Assembly: GCA_016839555.1 (NCBI GenBank)
Contig: JAEOUA010000006.1
Span: 512,001-576,000 of the forward strand
Length of the DNA stretch: 64,000 nt
Source: Promethearchaeota archaeon
Lineage (GTDB): Archaea; Asgardarchaeota; Lokiarchaeia; Sigyniarchaeales; SOKP01
Reading direction: 5' to 3'
Below the pieces are notes generated by a model that had not been told where the DNA came from, did no database searches, and was given only the letters and a program-made list of their open reading frames with translations. Made by a program: the position numbers and the translations under genes. Below are positions 38,866 through 49,122 of this stretch, piece by piece. Position 1 is the stretch's first letter; every line of letters starts with the position of its first letter.

Positions 38866-39269
38866 TGCCTAAACTTAAAAAAATAGAAAAAAAAGCAAAG
38901 AAAGATCGGCCTAGAGATGTTGAAGATTATGCTTTTAAATCTATAATTATTTCAGCACTCTTTTCACTATTATGTTTAATAATTTCTCTATTTTTTAATG
39001 GAGAGTTAATCTCCATAACTATTAATGATAATGTTATCTGGCAACTTATTGAAATATTGATTAGAGTATTCTCAATTTTATTCTTTTTTCTTTTTATGAT
39101 AGTAATCATAGGAAATTATAAAGAATTAACTGGTAAGCCAATATCATGGAAAACCTTAACGTTTGTTTTCATTTTATCAATAATTCAATCATTTTTAGAT
39201 TTAAAAGTTTTTATCATCACATTAATCGGATTAATTTTCTTAACAATTTATCTTTATTTAATCCAGTAA
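38865..39269 (+). CDS. Four-TM membrane protein
   Basis: Four hydrophobic segments; TAATG overlap with the upstream gene. Confidence 0.7.
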   Translation: MPKLKKIEKKAKKDRPRDVEDYAFKSIIISALFSLLCLIISLFFNGELISITINDNVIWQLIEILIRVFSILFFFLFMIVIIGNYKELTGKPISWKTLTFVFILSIIQSFLDLKVFIITLIGLIFLTIYLYLIQ

Positions 39270-39282
39270 AAAATTAAAGAGA

Positions 39283-40023
39283 GTGTTTAAGATAATCTAT
39301 ATAGGTCATAGAGGTACTAGAGAATTCTTTGATGAAAATACAATTCCTGCATTTAGAGCCGCTAAAAAAGCAGGGGCAGATATCATTGAACTAGATGTTC
39401 GTAAAACTAAAGATAATCAATTAATCGTCTTTCATGATAAAACAATAGATAGGATGACAAATTATTCAGGTATAATAAATGAGCTCTCCTATAACCAACT
39501 TAAAAAAATAAAAACTAAACTAAGAAATGAAAAAATCCCATTATTATCTGAGGTACTTAAAAAATTTAAAGACAAAATAGATTTTATGATTGAATTAAAA
39601 GCTCAAAATGTACAAAGTGAAATAATTGATTTAATCGCCAGAATGAAATTACAAGATCGGAGTGTCATTAGTGGGAGGGAATTTGATGCGTTATTAGAAA
39701 TTAAACGCAATTTTCCTCAAATATCAGTTTGCTATAATATTACAAAAGGAGACTTTACATTAGACAATTTTTTGGAACAAGGTAAAATTAGGAATTTATC
39801 TTTTAATCCTGACATGATTAGTTTAAGGTCAAAATTAGTAAATAAAGAATTTATAAGTATCTGTACCAGTAATAAGATTCTTCCACTTGCATGGGATTTT
39901 ATGAAGTATTCAAATCCATTAAACAAGATTAAAGAATTAATAAGAATTGGTATTAAAGGGATTCTTTTTGATAATTATAAAAACATTCCAATTATTAAAA
40001 AATGGAACGCAACCCAAACATAA
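39283..40023 (+). CDS. Glycerophosphodiester phosphodiesterase
   Basis: IGHRG, ENTIPAF, IELDVRKTKD, VFHD, IELK. Confidence 0.92.
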   Translation: MFKIIYIGHRGTREFFDENTIPAFRAAKKAGADIIELDVRKTKDNQLIVFHDKTIDRMTNYSGIINELSYNQLKKIKTKLRNEKIPLLSEVLKKFKDKIDFMIELKAQNVQSEIIDLIARMKLQDRSVISGREFDALLEIKRNFPQISVCYNITKGDFTLDNFLEQGKIRNLSFNPDMISLRSKLVNKEFISICTSNKILPLAWDFMKYSNPLNKIKELIRIGIKGILFDNYKNIPIIKKWNATQT

Positions 40024-42072
40024 TTAATTATTTGTAGATTTTATTTTCGATAAGCCGTTCGGAAGCATTAAAATCAGATCATCTAACGATAATAGTGAAA
40101 TCCATTTATTAATATTATTATCTGTTTGATTTAGGAAAGCTGAAATAATTTCTTTTGCCATTTTTCCTTTTGAAAAACCATTAGGGTGGGGAATAATTTT
40201 AATATATATTTTAGCTTGCTCCATAATTGGTTTTTCTGGACCAGCTAGGAGTTTAGGATAAAGAATATAATCCAATTCTTTACTCTCGCTTTTTCTTTTG
40301 ATGAGTTTTAGACCAATAACCAATTCTGTCTTCGCATTTCTAATAAAATTTTTCTTGCCCTCAATCATAAATGATCCTTTTGGGAGATATTCTCCAGAAG
40401 GTGGTGATTTAGAAACTTGTTCCGGACTAACATAAAACACATCAACTATTCCCCAATTATCTTTCCATGCTTGAGAATAACTGGCGACAAAATCTGCAGT
40501 TTCGTTTAGAGTTTGTTGGGAGACATGCCTTTTTTCTGGATTTTTAATAACCACAAGAGGAGAACCTGGAAAGGTTGTATGAAAGACTATATCTTGAGGT
40601 TCTAAATATTTGCTAAATATTACTTCGTTTGATGAAGCATCTCTTCCACCAATAATTAAAAAATCATCAGAAGATTTAAACCATCTATACTTCTCGTACC
40701 ATTTTTTTTCTGGTTTCTTTATGAGAAAATCTATTTCCTCTTCTGAGCTTTCCTTTTCTTTCTCCAAATTAGCTATTTTCTTTTTTGTTTTTTCTATTGC
40801 TTCTTTTGTCCCTTTAAGTTTATTTCTTGCCTTTTTGCCTCTAGAATAGATCATAGTAGCATTTTCTCCGATACTTTTATTGAAATCAAGAAATATTTCC
40901 TCTCCATTTATATTTAAAACAATTTCTTGAGTTGTTGGTATCACTCTTTTAAAAGATTTAGCACTTCGCATATTTTGTTGCTTTGCTTTTTGAAGTTTCT
41001 CGTTTATTTCATCCCAAGAATAACCTTTTGATTTAGCATCTTTAATTACATTTAACAATTTTTCTAAAGGTTTAAAATTCGCATATATAAAATCTCCATA
41101 TTCATAGTATTTTTCAAAATTTTCTTTTAAAGTATCTAAATATTCTTTTTGATTTTTTAATATTTTTTTTTGTGCTTCTATTTTTCGATCGAAATCGGAA
41201 TCTGTACTTTCAATTAATTGTTCTGAATCTATTTTCGAATAATAATTATCAACGGCCTCATTAAATGATGAGAAATATTTTTTTTTTTGGTCACTATAGA
41301 TCTTCAATTCAAAAGGAAGAACGGAGAGCTCATTTCCATCATTATCATAAACAACATGAGCGTTTATTTCGGAAAACATTAATTCGTTTCTAAGATTTTT
41401 AAACGCTTTATATAAATTGTTTAATTCTTTTTTTTCTAATTCATTTCCCATTGAGGTTTTACTAATATTAGATCTTTCACAGATTTCTTCACTATAAACT
41501 CCTGAGATATTTATTTTTCGAGCAAGAGTTCTAACAACCTCTGTATCTATATCAATTAAATCTTCGAATTCATCATGATTAATTTCTAAAAAATTTTTAC
41601 CATAAGATTTAGGAAATTCATATTTTTTATTAGCTAATATATTTCTTTCTTTTAATTTTATATATTTTTTAGCTATTTTTACTATTTGATTTTCATCAAC
41701 AAGAATATAATTTCCTTTACTGAAGAGTTCGATTATAAAACTCCATGGCTTACCTTCTTGATTACTTAATTCGATAATTATTATTCTATCGAAATTATAT
41801 TGATAAATTCTGATAATCTTTCGATTTTTTAAAAATTTTCTTAAAGACATGACATATTGGCTAGGGTATTTTGGAATTGGGTAATCATATTGCGTCAAAT
41901 TGACTCTTAAATTTCGTTTAATGATAAGATTTTTGTTTCCATCAAAAGTATTTATTTTAAGAATTAATAGATCTTTCACTTCATAAATATTTGTTATGTT
42001 CCCTTGGGATAAAATTTCATCTAATTCTCGTACTATGGCATATACATCAATATTTGAGAAGGTTTTCTTCAT
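40024..42072 (-). CDS. rqcH: Ribosome quality-control factor Rqc2/RqcH (NEMF/NFACT)
   Basis: FDRII, IELFSKGNYILVD, KWYEKYRWFKSSD, GGRDASSNE, QVSKSPPSGEYLPKGSFMIEG. Confidence 0.92.
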   Translation of the reverse strand: MKKTFSNIDVYAIVRELDEILSQGNITNIYEVKDLLILKINTFDGNKNLIIKRNLRVNLTQYDYPIPKYPSQYVMSLRKFLKNRKIIRIYQYNFDRIIIIELSNQEGKPWSFIIELFSKGNYILVDENQIVKIAKKYIKLKERNILANKKYEFPKSYGKNFLEINHDEFEDLIDIDTEVVRTLARKINISGVYSEEICERSNISKTSMGNELEKKELNNLYKAFKNLRNELMFSEINAHVVYDNDGNELSVLPFELKIYSDQKKKYFSSFNEAVDNYYSKIDSEQLIESTDSDFDRKIEAQKKILKNQKEYLDTLKENFEKYYEYGDFIYANFKPLEKLLNVIKDAKSKGYSWDEINEKLQKAKQQNMRSAKSFKRVIPTTQEIVLNINGEEIFLDFNKSIGENATMIYSRGKKARNKLKGTKEAIEKTKKKIANLEKEKESSEEEIDFLIKKPEKKWYEKYRWFKSSDDFLIIGGRDASSNEVIFSKYLEPQDIVFHTTFPGSPLVVIKNPEKRHVSQQTLNETADFVASYSQAWKDNWGIVDVFYVSPEQVSKSPPSGEYLPKGSFMIEGKKNFIRNAKTELVIGLKLIKRKSESKELDYILYPKLLAGPEKPIMEQAKIYIKIIPHPNGFSKGKMAKEIISAFLNQTDNNINKWISLLSLDDLILMLPNGLSKIKSTNN

Positions 42073-42133
42073 TCTTATTCAAATTACTTTGAGATACTTT
42101 AAGATTTAATAATTATTATTAATAATAATAATT

Positions 42134-42583
42134 ATGGTTAAAAAAGATAAATTAGAAAAGTTAGATATTCGGAAAAAAAGAAAAAAATTAATTAAATTAA
42201 GAAAACAAAAATTAGAGGAATATAAAATAAAGGAAGAAAAGGGAAAAAAGAAAGAAATAGATATACGATTAGAAAAAGAAACAAAATTATATTGGACGAG
42301 AGTTATAATTGGGTTCGTAAGTGCATTTATAGGACGTCTGATGGGCTTTGTTGGATGGTTATTGCTAATATGGATGATATTATTTATGCTACTTTTTCCT
42401 TTTTTAGCTAACTTCATAATTTTTCGCTTTCCATATGATAAAGAAGAATGGAATTGGAAAAATATTTTATCTCCTGGATTAGGGATCTTTTTCTTTCTGT
42501 TTATGATTACCGCAACAGTACTACACACAATGCTTATTTATTTTGGATATCCCATTAAGATTACTATATTTGGGATAATTTAG
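42134..42583 (+). CDS. EMC6/Rab5ip-like three-TM membrane protein
   Basis: Charged N-tail, then LYWTRVIIGFVSAFIGRLMGFVGW ... GLGIFFFLFMITATVLHT, matching the EMC6 topology pattern. Confidence 0.6.
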   Translation: MVKKDKLEKLDIRKKRKKLIKLRKQKLEEYKIKEEKGKKKEIDIRLEKETKLYWTRVIIGFVSAFIGRLMGFVGWLLLIWMILFMLLFPFLANFIIFRFPYDKEEWNWKNILSPGLGIFFFLFMITATVLHTMLIYFGYPIKITIFGII

Positions 42584-42622
42584 TTTCTTATTTATTAAAA
42601 TAATCCAAATATATTAAAAAAC

Positions 42623-43132
42623 TTATAATTGAATTATTTGTTTGACTTTTTTACCACTTTTCTTTCTTCTCGGTTTAAACTTAATCTCATCTAACCGATA
42701 AATACGATCGCAAAAAACACACTGGATTTTAAGAGGATTCTTCTCTAGCACCAAGAATTCGGTGTCAATGGGCTCCTTTTTTGAATTACTTATACAGGTC
42801 TTAGTTTCACAAACAATTAATTTTTTAATTATTTTAGGCATTTCGACTTTCTTTTTTTCTATTACTTCAAAATTTTCGATTAATGAGATTGTGGCATTTG
42901 ATGATAATATTGAAATTTGTTGCATTTGAACTTCATCTAAAAATACATTCTCTATTTTTATTATATCTTTTTTTCCATATTTTTTAGAAGATACATTAAC
43001 TCCGATAGTTATTAAACTGTTGGTTTCATCTAATCCAGTAAGGTTTAAAATCGTTAATGCATATCCCGCGTCAATATGGTCTATTACGGTACCCCTTTGG
43101 ATTTTATCAATCTTTAATTTTTGTTCTAACAT
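42623..43132 (-). CDS. pyrI: Aspartate carbamoyltransferase regulatory chain
   Basis: GTVIDHI, KKDIIKIE, C..KTCISN..EP, CVFC Zn site; pyrB not adjacent. Confidence 0.95.
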   Translation of the reverse strand: MLEQKLKIDKIQRGTVIDHIDAGYALTILNLTGLDETNSLITIGVNVSSKKYGKKDIIKIENVFLDEVQMQQISILSSNATISLIENFEVIEKKKVEMPKIIKKLIVCETKTCISNSKKEPIDTEFLVLEKNPLKIQCVFCDRIYRLDEIKFKPRRKKSGKKVKQIIQL

Positions 43133-43254
43133 TATTATTAAATAATAAGCTTTTAATATGATTTAAAGCTATTTTTTAAATTTAATTAACACTTTTTCTT
43201 TAAATAATTTTATATAAAATCTATTTAAGGCCTTTTAGAATTATATAATAAGCA

Positions 43255-44352
43255 TTATATAAAAAGAAATGATAAAAAAAATAAAATTGTTGATAAAATA
43301 AAAGGATAAGTTAAATTATCATCAATTTCTAAATCAAAATAGTCTAAAATACCAATAATAAGAGCCCCGCTTAGAGGGAGAATGATAAATGCTACCATAT
43401 TAAAAAAATAATATGCTTTTAAAATTAATAAAATCAATACACCAGAAAAAAATGAAATGAATATTCCAGCAAAAAGTCCTATATATGTTTTATTACTCTT
43501 TTTTTTACCTAAAGGTTGGATTTTTTTTTTCCCCAATGTTCTTCCAATTAAATTGGAAGCGATATCTCCAAAGATTGACATAACCATTGAAGTGGATATA
43601 ACTATTGGTCCAAGAGGGTGATATAATCCATATAGGATAATAATTGAAAAGCATCCAATTGCCATTGAAATTTGGGGGCCTAATCTCATATATAATTCTT
43701 TCTTTCTTAATATTTGATTAACAGGTTTTAATGGATATAATTTAGGTTTTAAGATTCTAATGAGATCTGCAGTTAATAATCCAAATAAAGAAATTGCAAC
43801 GAGAAAGATAACAAGGTATTGATTAAAAATCATATTCTGATGTTCATTTAAAAAAAGAGAATAAAACAAGTCTGAAAAACCCGAAGGTAAAAATTGTATC
43901 AAATCTATAATAAGATCTTTAATCCAAGATCCGAGTGTAAAATAAAAAAGAATAATGCCTATAACAACCAAGTGAGAGATTTTTCTATAAATTTCATATT
44001 TTAGAGGTAATACATTAGATGCAGTTTGGAAAGCAGGTTCCATCTGGTCATTAGTCTTACTCAACAATTTCTTTTCTCGCAAAACTAAAAGAGAGAAAAT
44101 GATAAGAAAAAAAGGGAAGAAAAAAATCATAGAAACATCAAAAGGAAACACAATAAATTGAGCTCTCGATAAATTAAAAATATTTACTAGTATTAAATTA
44201 ACGGTAATTGAAATAAAGAGTATTAAGAAATTCACAAAATTATTTATAAAACTTCCTTTCATTCCCTTCTTTTTTGCCAAGATGGTAACATATAATATTA
44301 AGAAGCAATAGAAATAAAATACGCAAATAATGATAATTAGAGGGAAATTCAA
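43255..44352 (-). CDS. CTP-dependent polyprenol/diacylglycerol kinase family (dolichol kinase-like)
   Basis: Multi-TM; EIYRKISH, GDIASNLIGR.LG, KTYIG, IDDNLTYP. Confidence 0.8.
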   Translation of the reverse strand: MNFPLIIIICVFYFYCFLILYVTILAKKKGMKGSFINNFVNFLILFISITVNLILVNIFNLSRAQFIVFPFDVSMIFFFPFFLIIFSLLVLREKKLLSKTNDQMEPAFQTASNVLPLKYEIYRKISHLVVIGIILFYFTLGSWIKDLIIDLIQFLPSGFSDLFYSLFLNEHQNMIFNQYLVIFLVAISLFGLLTADLIRILKPKLYPLKPVNQILRKKELYMRLGPQISMAIGCFSIIILYGLYHPLGPIVISTSMVMSIFGDIASNLIGRTLGKKKIQPLGKKKSNKTYIGLFAGIFISFFSGVLILLILKAYYFFNMVAFIILPLSGALIIGILDYFDLEIDDNLTYPFILSTILFFLSFLFI

Positions 44353-44443
44353 TAAAGTTAAACACTCAAACTTTTAATATAAAGAATTTTCTTTAAAATT
44401 TTAAAGTTATTATTCAAAAAGAAAAAAAAAAATGATAAAAAAT

Positions 44444-45847
44444 CTAAAATTGTGTTTCATCTATAACGGGCATGTCTGAGTCGTTAATTGATTCTTGTAT
44501 TTTTTCATCAGATAATTCATAGTTTTTCAAGTCTCCTGTCATATATTCCTTATAGGCTAATAGGTCAAAAAATCCGTGTCCACTGAAGTTAAATAAAATA
44601 ATTTTTTCTTCGTTATTTTCCTTCGCCTTTAGAGCTTGATCGATTGCCTCTTTAATTGCATGATCTGTTTCAGGAGCAGGTAAGATACCCTCAGCTCTCG
44701 CAAATAAAAGCCCTGCTTTAATAACATCTAACTGATGATGCATTGATGCTTCCATAATATTATTATTATAGAGATTAGAAATAATAGGTGCTATTCCATG
44801 ATATCTTAACCCTCCGGCATGAATAGGACTCGGAATAAAATTATGGCCCAGTGTATGCATTTTTATTATGGGGGCTTTTTTGGCAGTATCTCCATAATCC
44901 CAAGTATATTTTCCTTTACATACGCTTGGACATGCTGTTGGTTCAACTCCTATTATTTGTATATCAGGAGAAACTTCTCTTATTTTATCCCGAGCAAAAG
45001 GAAGCATTAATCCAGAAAAATTCGAACCTCCACCCATGCATCCAATTACGATATCTGGTGCCTCTATACCTGCTTTTTTAAGCTGAACTTGAGCTTCTTG
45101 GCCTACGATGGTTTGATGAAGACAAACAAAGTTAACAACACTTCCTAATGAATATCTAATTTTATCACTTCTTAAGCTATGCTCCACTGCTTCCGATATT
45201 GCGAGACCTAAACTTCCTGGATGATTCGGGTCTTTTTCATAATATACCTTTCCCGATTCCGTGAATTTTGAGGGGGATGCGTGCACATCAGCCTTAAAAG
45301 ATCTCATAAGAATTTTTCTTCCTGGTTTTTGCTGAAAGCTTATCCTAACCATATAAACTGTACATTTTATGTCAAAGAGAGAACAGCCATATGAGAGACC
45401 AGATCCCCATTGGCCAGCTCCAGTTTCAGTTACCAATTCTTCAATTCCATCCATTTTAGCAAAATATGCTTGGGCAATTGCAGTATTAGGTTTATGTGAG
45501 CCTGTTGGAGAAACAGATTCATTCTTATAAAAGATTTTAATCTTATCTCCCTGCAATCCTAATTCTTTTTCCAAGTTTAATGCTCGATGGAGAGGAGTAG
45601 GTCTATAAATTTTTGCATATATTTCCCTTAACTGTTTTGGAATAGGAATAGTTGGTTCTTGTGAAACTTCCTGAATAACACATTCTTTGGGAAAAATAGC
45701 TGCCGCCATTTCAAATGGTGCTGGTTTTCCCGTCATAGGATTAATTAAGGGCGTCATTGGAGTGGGTAAATCTGGTAAAATATTTACCCATTCTTTCGGC
45801 ACTTCATTAGGATCTAATAAGATCCTTGCTTTAGAAAGATCCGTCAT
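44444..45847 (-). CDS. trpB2: Tryptophan synthase beta chain, TrpB2 type
   Basis: RPTPLHRA, GSHKPNTA, TETGAGQWG, GGGSNF, HAGGLRYHG, FNFSGHG. Confidence 0.95.
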   Translation of the reverse strand: MTDLSKARILLDPNEVPKEWVNILPDLPTPMTPLINPMTGKPAPFEMAAAIFPKECVIQEVSQEPTIPIPKQLREIYAKIYRPTPLHRALNLEKELGLQGDKIKIFYKNESVSPTGSHKPNTAIAQAYFAKMDGIEELVTETGAGQWGSGLSYGCSLFDIKCTVYMVRISFQQKPGRKILMRSFKADVHASPSKFTESGKVYYEKDPNHPGSLGLAISEAVEHSLRSDKIRYSLGSVVNFVCLHQTIVGQEAQVQLKKAGIEAPDIVIGCMGGGSNFSGLMLPFARDKIREVSPDIQIIGVEPTACPSVCKGKYTWDYGDTAKKAPIIKMHTLGHNFIPSPIHAGGLRYHGIAPIISNLYNNNIMEASMHHQLDVIKAGLLFARAEGILPAPETDHAIKEAIDQALKAKENNEEKIILFNFSGHGFFDLLAYKEYMTGDLKNYELSDEKIQESINDSDMPVIDETQF

Positions 45848-45931
45848 ATTATTTAACTCTTTTTTTTTATATATGTATCATTATATAATTGGAATTCAAT
45901 TCTATTAATGCATTTAAAAAGTTATTTGGAT

Positions 45932-45940
45932 AAAAAAAAA
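45932..45940 (-). terminator. T9 tract between the leader ORF and trpB2 (candidate attenuator terminator)
   Basis: Nine T residues on the minus strand, 41 nt after the leader stop; oligo-U tracts are typical archaeal terminators. Confidence 0.5.
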
Positions 45941-45980
45941 GTGTTTAACCCAAAAATATTAATAAGAATAGTCCAATGCA

Positions 45981-46043
45981 TTAGCGATTTTGCCAACGCC
46001 ACGGCCACTGAGCATTCCAAAAAGATATTTTATTAATTGCCAT
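45981..46043 (-). CDS. Trp-rich leader peptide MAINKISFWNAQWPWRWQNR (TrpL-like uORF)
   Basis: Hand translation gives ATG...TAA, 20 aa, 4 TGG codons; same strand as trpB2 and ends 133 nt before its ATG. Confidence 0.8.
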   Translation of the reverse strand: MAINKISFWNAQWPWRWQNR

Positions 46044-46240
46044 AATCTTATTTTTAAGGACTATTTAGTACCATTATTTTTCAAAATATAAAAAGTTAAT
46101 TATTTCTTAGAAAATTGTAAAAGGAGAGATTCAATATAAATCAAAATGAACCTTGGGATTCATTATGGATAAAACACTAAAAAATCTTATAACTAACTTG
46201 AATTATAAAGACTCTTAAGAATTTGGCCAAAAAAAAAAGA

Positions 46241-46651
46241 TTACTCAAAAATTTTCATGATTTTTTTAGCAGCTACTCTCATAACTTTTACGGTTTTCAT
46301 CAAGGTCTCAATTTCAGTTCCAGCACAAACAATAACTAATCTCTCTGCATTAGTTATTACAATATAACCATCACGCCCCCTTACTATTACCTCATTAAGA
46401 TGTTCTTGAAAAAGTTGTTCAATTGTAGATCTTCCAGTCATGAGAAGAGCTGAGGCTAGTCCACAGAATTGATCTCCATCAACATGATATTGGGGAAGAG
46501 CAGAAAAGGCGATTTGATATCCCTCTCTAGAAACAAGAGCTAATGCCTCAATATCTGCATTTGAAGTTATAAAAGTTATTTGAGGGCTTATTTTTTCAAT
46601 ATCCTCATCAGTTAAATTTAGATCAGTCCCAAATTCCATGATTTGGACCAC
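46241..46651 (-). CDS. Roadblock/LC7 domain protein
   Basis: IEALALVSREGYQIAFSALP, LASALL, LNEVIVRGRDGYIVI fold pattern. Confidence 0.88.
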   Translation of the reverse strand: MVQIMEFGTDLNLTDEDIEKISPQITFITSNADIEALALVSREGYQIAFSALPQYHVDGDQFCGLASALLMTGRSTIEQLFQEHLNEVIVRGRDGYIVITNAERLVIVCAGTEIETLMKTVKVMRVAAKKIMKIFE

Positions 46652-46803
46652 CCTCCATTTTATAAATTATATTTATTAATTTCATTTTAATAATATTTTC
46701 TAATTATAATCTTATAAAAAATAATCTTATAAAAAAGTTAAATATTTTATTTTCTATATTGTTATTAATTATTTAATGCCCAAAAAAGAAATTATATAAA
46801 AAA

Positions 46804-49122
46804 ATGATTACTACAAGAGAGTCTATTAATTATCAATATTCTTTAGTATTCGGTTATCAGAGCCCGAATGATAAAAATATCTCTGTCGGTGACATCATTA
46901 GCCCGGGAGTATTAACAGGGAATCTAGTAAAAGAACTTTCAGTAGATGTTGTTAATTTTTTCACTCAATATAATGCGATGTTAAGAGATTACAGTGGTTC
47001 AGAATTATTTTTTGTTGAATTTGAACTAAAAGATATCAGTTTTAGGAAAAATTTAACAATGATTTACCCAAAATCTATGATATTAGTTCCGGGAAATTAT
47101 AAGGAATGTGAAAGCTTAATGCTCGCATTGAAACCAGAAAGAGGTTATTTGAATATTCATAAATCTAATAAAGCTATCAATAAAATAAGTCGCTTATTTT
47201 TTGAAGTAGAAGATTTTGCTAATCGTCCAGAATTAAATCAAAAAGAAAAAGAAAAATTGTTTAACAAATTTGCTTCAAGATTCAGTAAAAAATTATATGG
47301 GGGACTTATTGAAAGTAAGTGGAATAAAAAATTAATTGGAATCTCAGAATCACTTCCTACAGAAAAAGAATTTTTAAAACAATATGGAAAATTAAAATCA
47401 AAAATTGATGTTTCTTGGTATAAAAAACCTCTTGAAATATCTTTATCAGATATAAAATATGGAAAACTTAAAGATCCATATGAAGGAAAAACTGGTTTTG
47501 AACACATTAAGTTTAATATAGCAACACCAACAGCAGGATTTATTACTGCTAAAACTCTAAAATTAGGTTCTAATCTCTTAAATTTAGCTAATATCGGTAC
47601 AATTGATAAATTCCAAGAACAATTGGTTAAATTTATTATTAAAAAAATTAAAAAGGAGGATCTCTCTACTATAAATGAAGAGAAATCAGAGAAGTGGTTA
47701 ATTTCAAGAATAGAAAACTATTTGAATCATTTTGAAGAGAAAATGAAGGAATATTTCGACTATTTTGAGGAATATTTAATTAGTGGAATTAAAGGTAATA
47801 TAGACTATGTTTTAGAAGAATTTAAAAAATTTATTTTAAAGAAACAATCTTCATCTAAAAACGATTTTTCTGAACTCCATAAAATAACAGTTCAATTTAT
47901 AAAACAAATAATTTTAAAAAAGGAAGATGTAATTGCCAATGATTTAAGATCCGCATACAATTATTTTTCTGAACTATTTACACAAAATATACAAATTATC
48001 ATTAAAACTCTTCCTAAATTTTTAATCATAAGACATTTAAAAAATAAAACGAAATTATTAATTGAAAATTTAAGAATTGCATTTGAGAAAGAGGAGGATC
48101 CAGCAAAAAGAGTGGGCAATAAATTTATTGATACATTTTATGAATTTATACTAAAAAAGATGAAGGATTTTCCTCCAATATACTCAAATAATTTAAATAT
48201 CAATGAAGAACAACTTTCTCTTGAATTTTTTATTTTAGTGAAAGAAAAATTAGATAAATTTTTTGAAAAAATACAGATTGAAGGAAGCGATATCCTATCA
48301 TTTGCAGAATTTGAAATAAAGAATGATGAAAAAATTATAAAAAATTATAGTAGTAAATTTAAAAAATTTACAGAAGAGATTCATTTTCTATTAAGTTATA
48401 TCTTAAGATATTCCACAATTAATAGATTTATAAAAGAAAAAAATGATAAAGATATTTCTGATCCAATTTCGTTTTCCTCAAAATTTCACAGATTTTTGGA
48501 GAAGAGATTAGCCGGTATCAATCTCATTTGCAAATCTTATATCTTAGAGTGGATAAATGAATATTCAGAACTCTTTTCTAAGAGGACGGAAGATAAAAAA
48601 TGGACCTTAAATGATATTTATAATGATTTTATTACTTATCTTCAAGAAAAAGAATCATTAGCTCATGATCCCGAAAAATTTTTTACAATTTTAGATACTA
48701 ATTTAGCTAAAGAAGCAGAAGAGAGCGAAAAAATTTCATTATTAAAGTTTTTAGATAAATATCTTTATTATAAAGATGTAGCAGGGCAATTCCCTGAATA
48801 TTTAAGAAAGAAATTTAATAAAGAGATTCAAAACTTGATTCATTCCTCGGAAAAATCAAAGCCTCTAGCTTATCTTACAAAAAATGGAGAAAAAAATTTT
48901 TTTAATTATATAAGAGAAACTGAACTTAAATATTATTCAAAATTAATACCGATTCCTAAAACACTAATCCTAAAGCATTTATTAACCCATGAAGAAAAAG
49001 AACAATTTAAAGGGGATTTATTTCAAGTATTTGAATTTAATTTAATGGGAGAGGATAAATTCATTATAAATTTAAAAGATAATTTTAAAGAAATTTTTAG
49101 AGAGTGGATTAAAGCATTATGA
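46804..49122 (+). CDS. Large hypothetical protein
   Basis: 772-aa ORF, mostly helical; no recognised motif. Confidence 0.75.
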   Translation: MITTRESINYQYSLVFGYQSPNDKNISVGDIISPGVLTGNLVKELSVDVVNFFTQYNAMLRDYSGSELFFVEFELKDISFRKNLTMIYPKSMILVPGNYKECESLMLALKPERGYLNIHKSNKAINKISRLFFEVEDFANRPELNQKEKEKLFNKFASRFSKKLYGGLIESKWNKKLIGISESLPTEKEFLKQYGKLKSKIDVSWYKKPLEISLSDIKYGKLKDPYEGKTGFEHIKFNIATPTAGFITAKTLKLGSNLLNLANIGTIDKFQEQLVKFIIKKIKKEDLSTINEEKSEKWLISRIENYLNHFEEKMKEYFDYFEEYLISGIKGNIDYVLEEFKKFILKKQSSSKNDFSELHKITVQFIKQIILKKEDVIANDLRSAYNYFSELFTQNIQIIIKTLPKFLIIRHLKNKTKLLIENLRIAFEKEEDPAKRVGNKFIDTFYEFILKKMKDFPPIYSNNLNINEEQLSLEFFILVKEKLDKFFEKIQIEGSDILSFAEFEIKNDEKIIKNYSSKFKKFTEEIHFLLSYILRYSTINRFIKEKNDKDISDPISFSSKFHRFLEKRLAGINLICKSYILEWINEYSELFSKRTEDKKWTLNDIYNDFITYLQEKESLAHDPEKFFTILDTNLAKEAEESEKISLLKFLDKYLYYKDVAGQFPEYLRKKFNKEIQNLIHSSEKSKPLAYLTKNGEKNFFNYIRETELKYYSKLIPIPKTLILKHLLTHEEKEQFKGDLFQVFEFNLMGEDKFIINLKDNFKEIFREWIKAL

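Noticed and set aside
45975-46016. Plus-strand CTGA flanked by AATGC/GCATT as a second C/D sRNA
   Set aside because: No C box and only about 7 nt of rRNA complementarity; the GC content is better explained by the Trp-rich ORF on the minus strand
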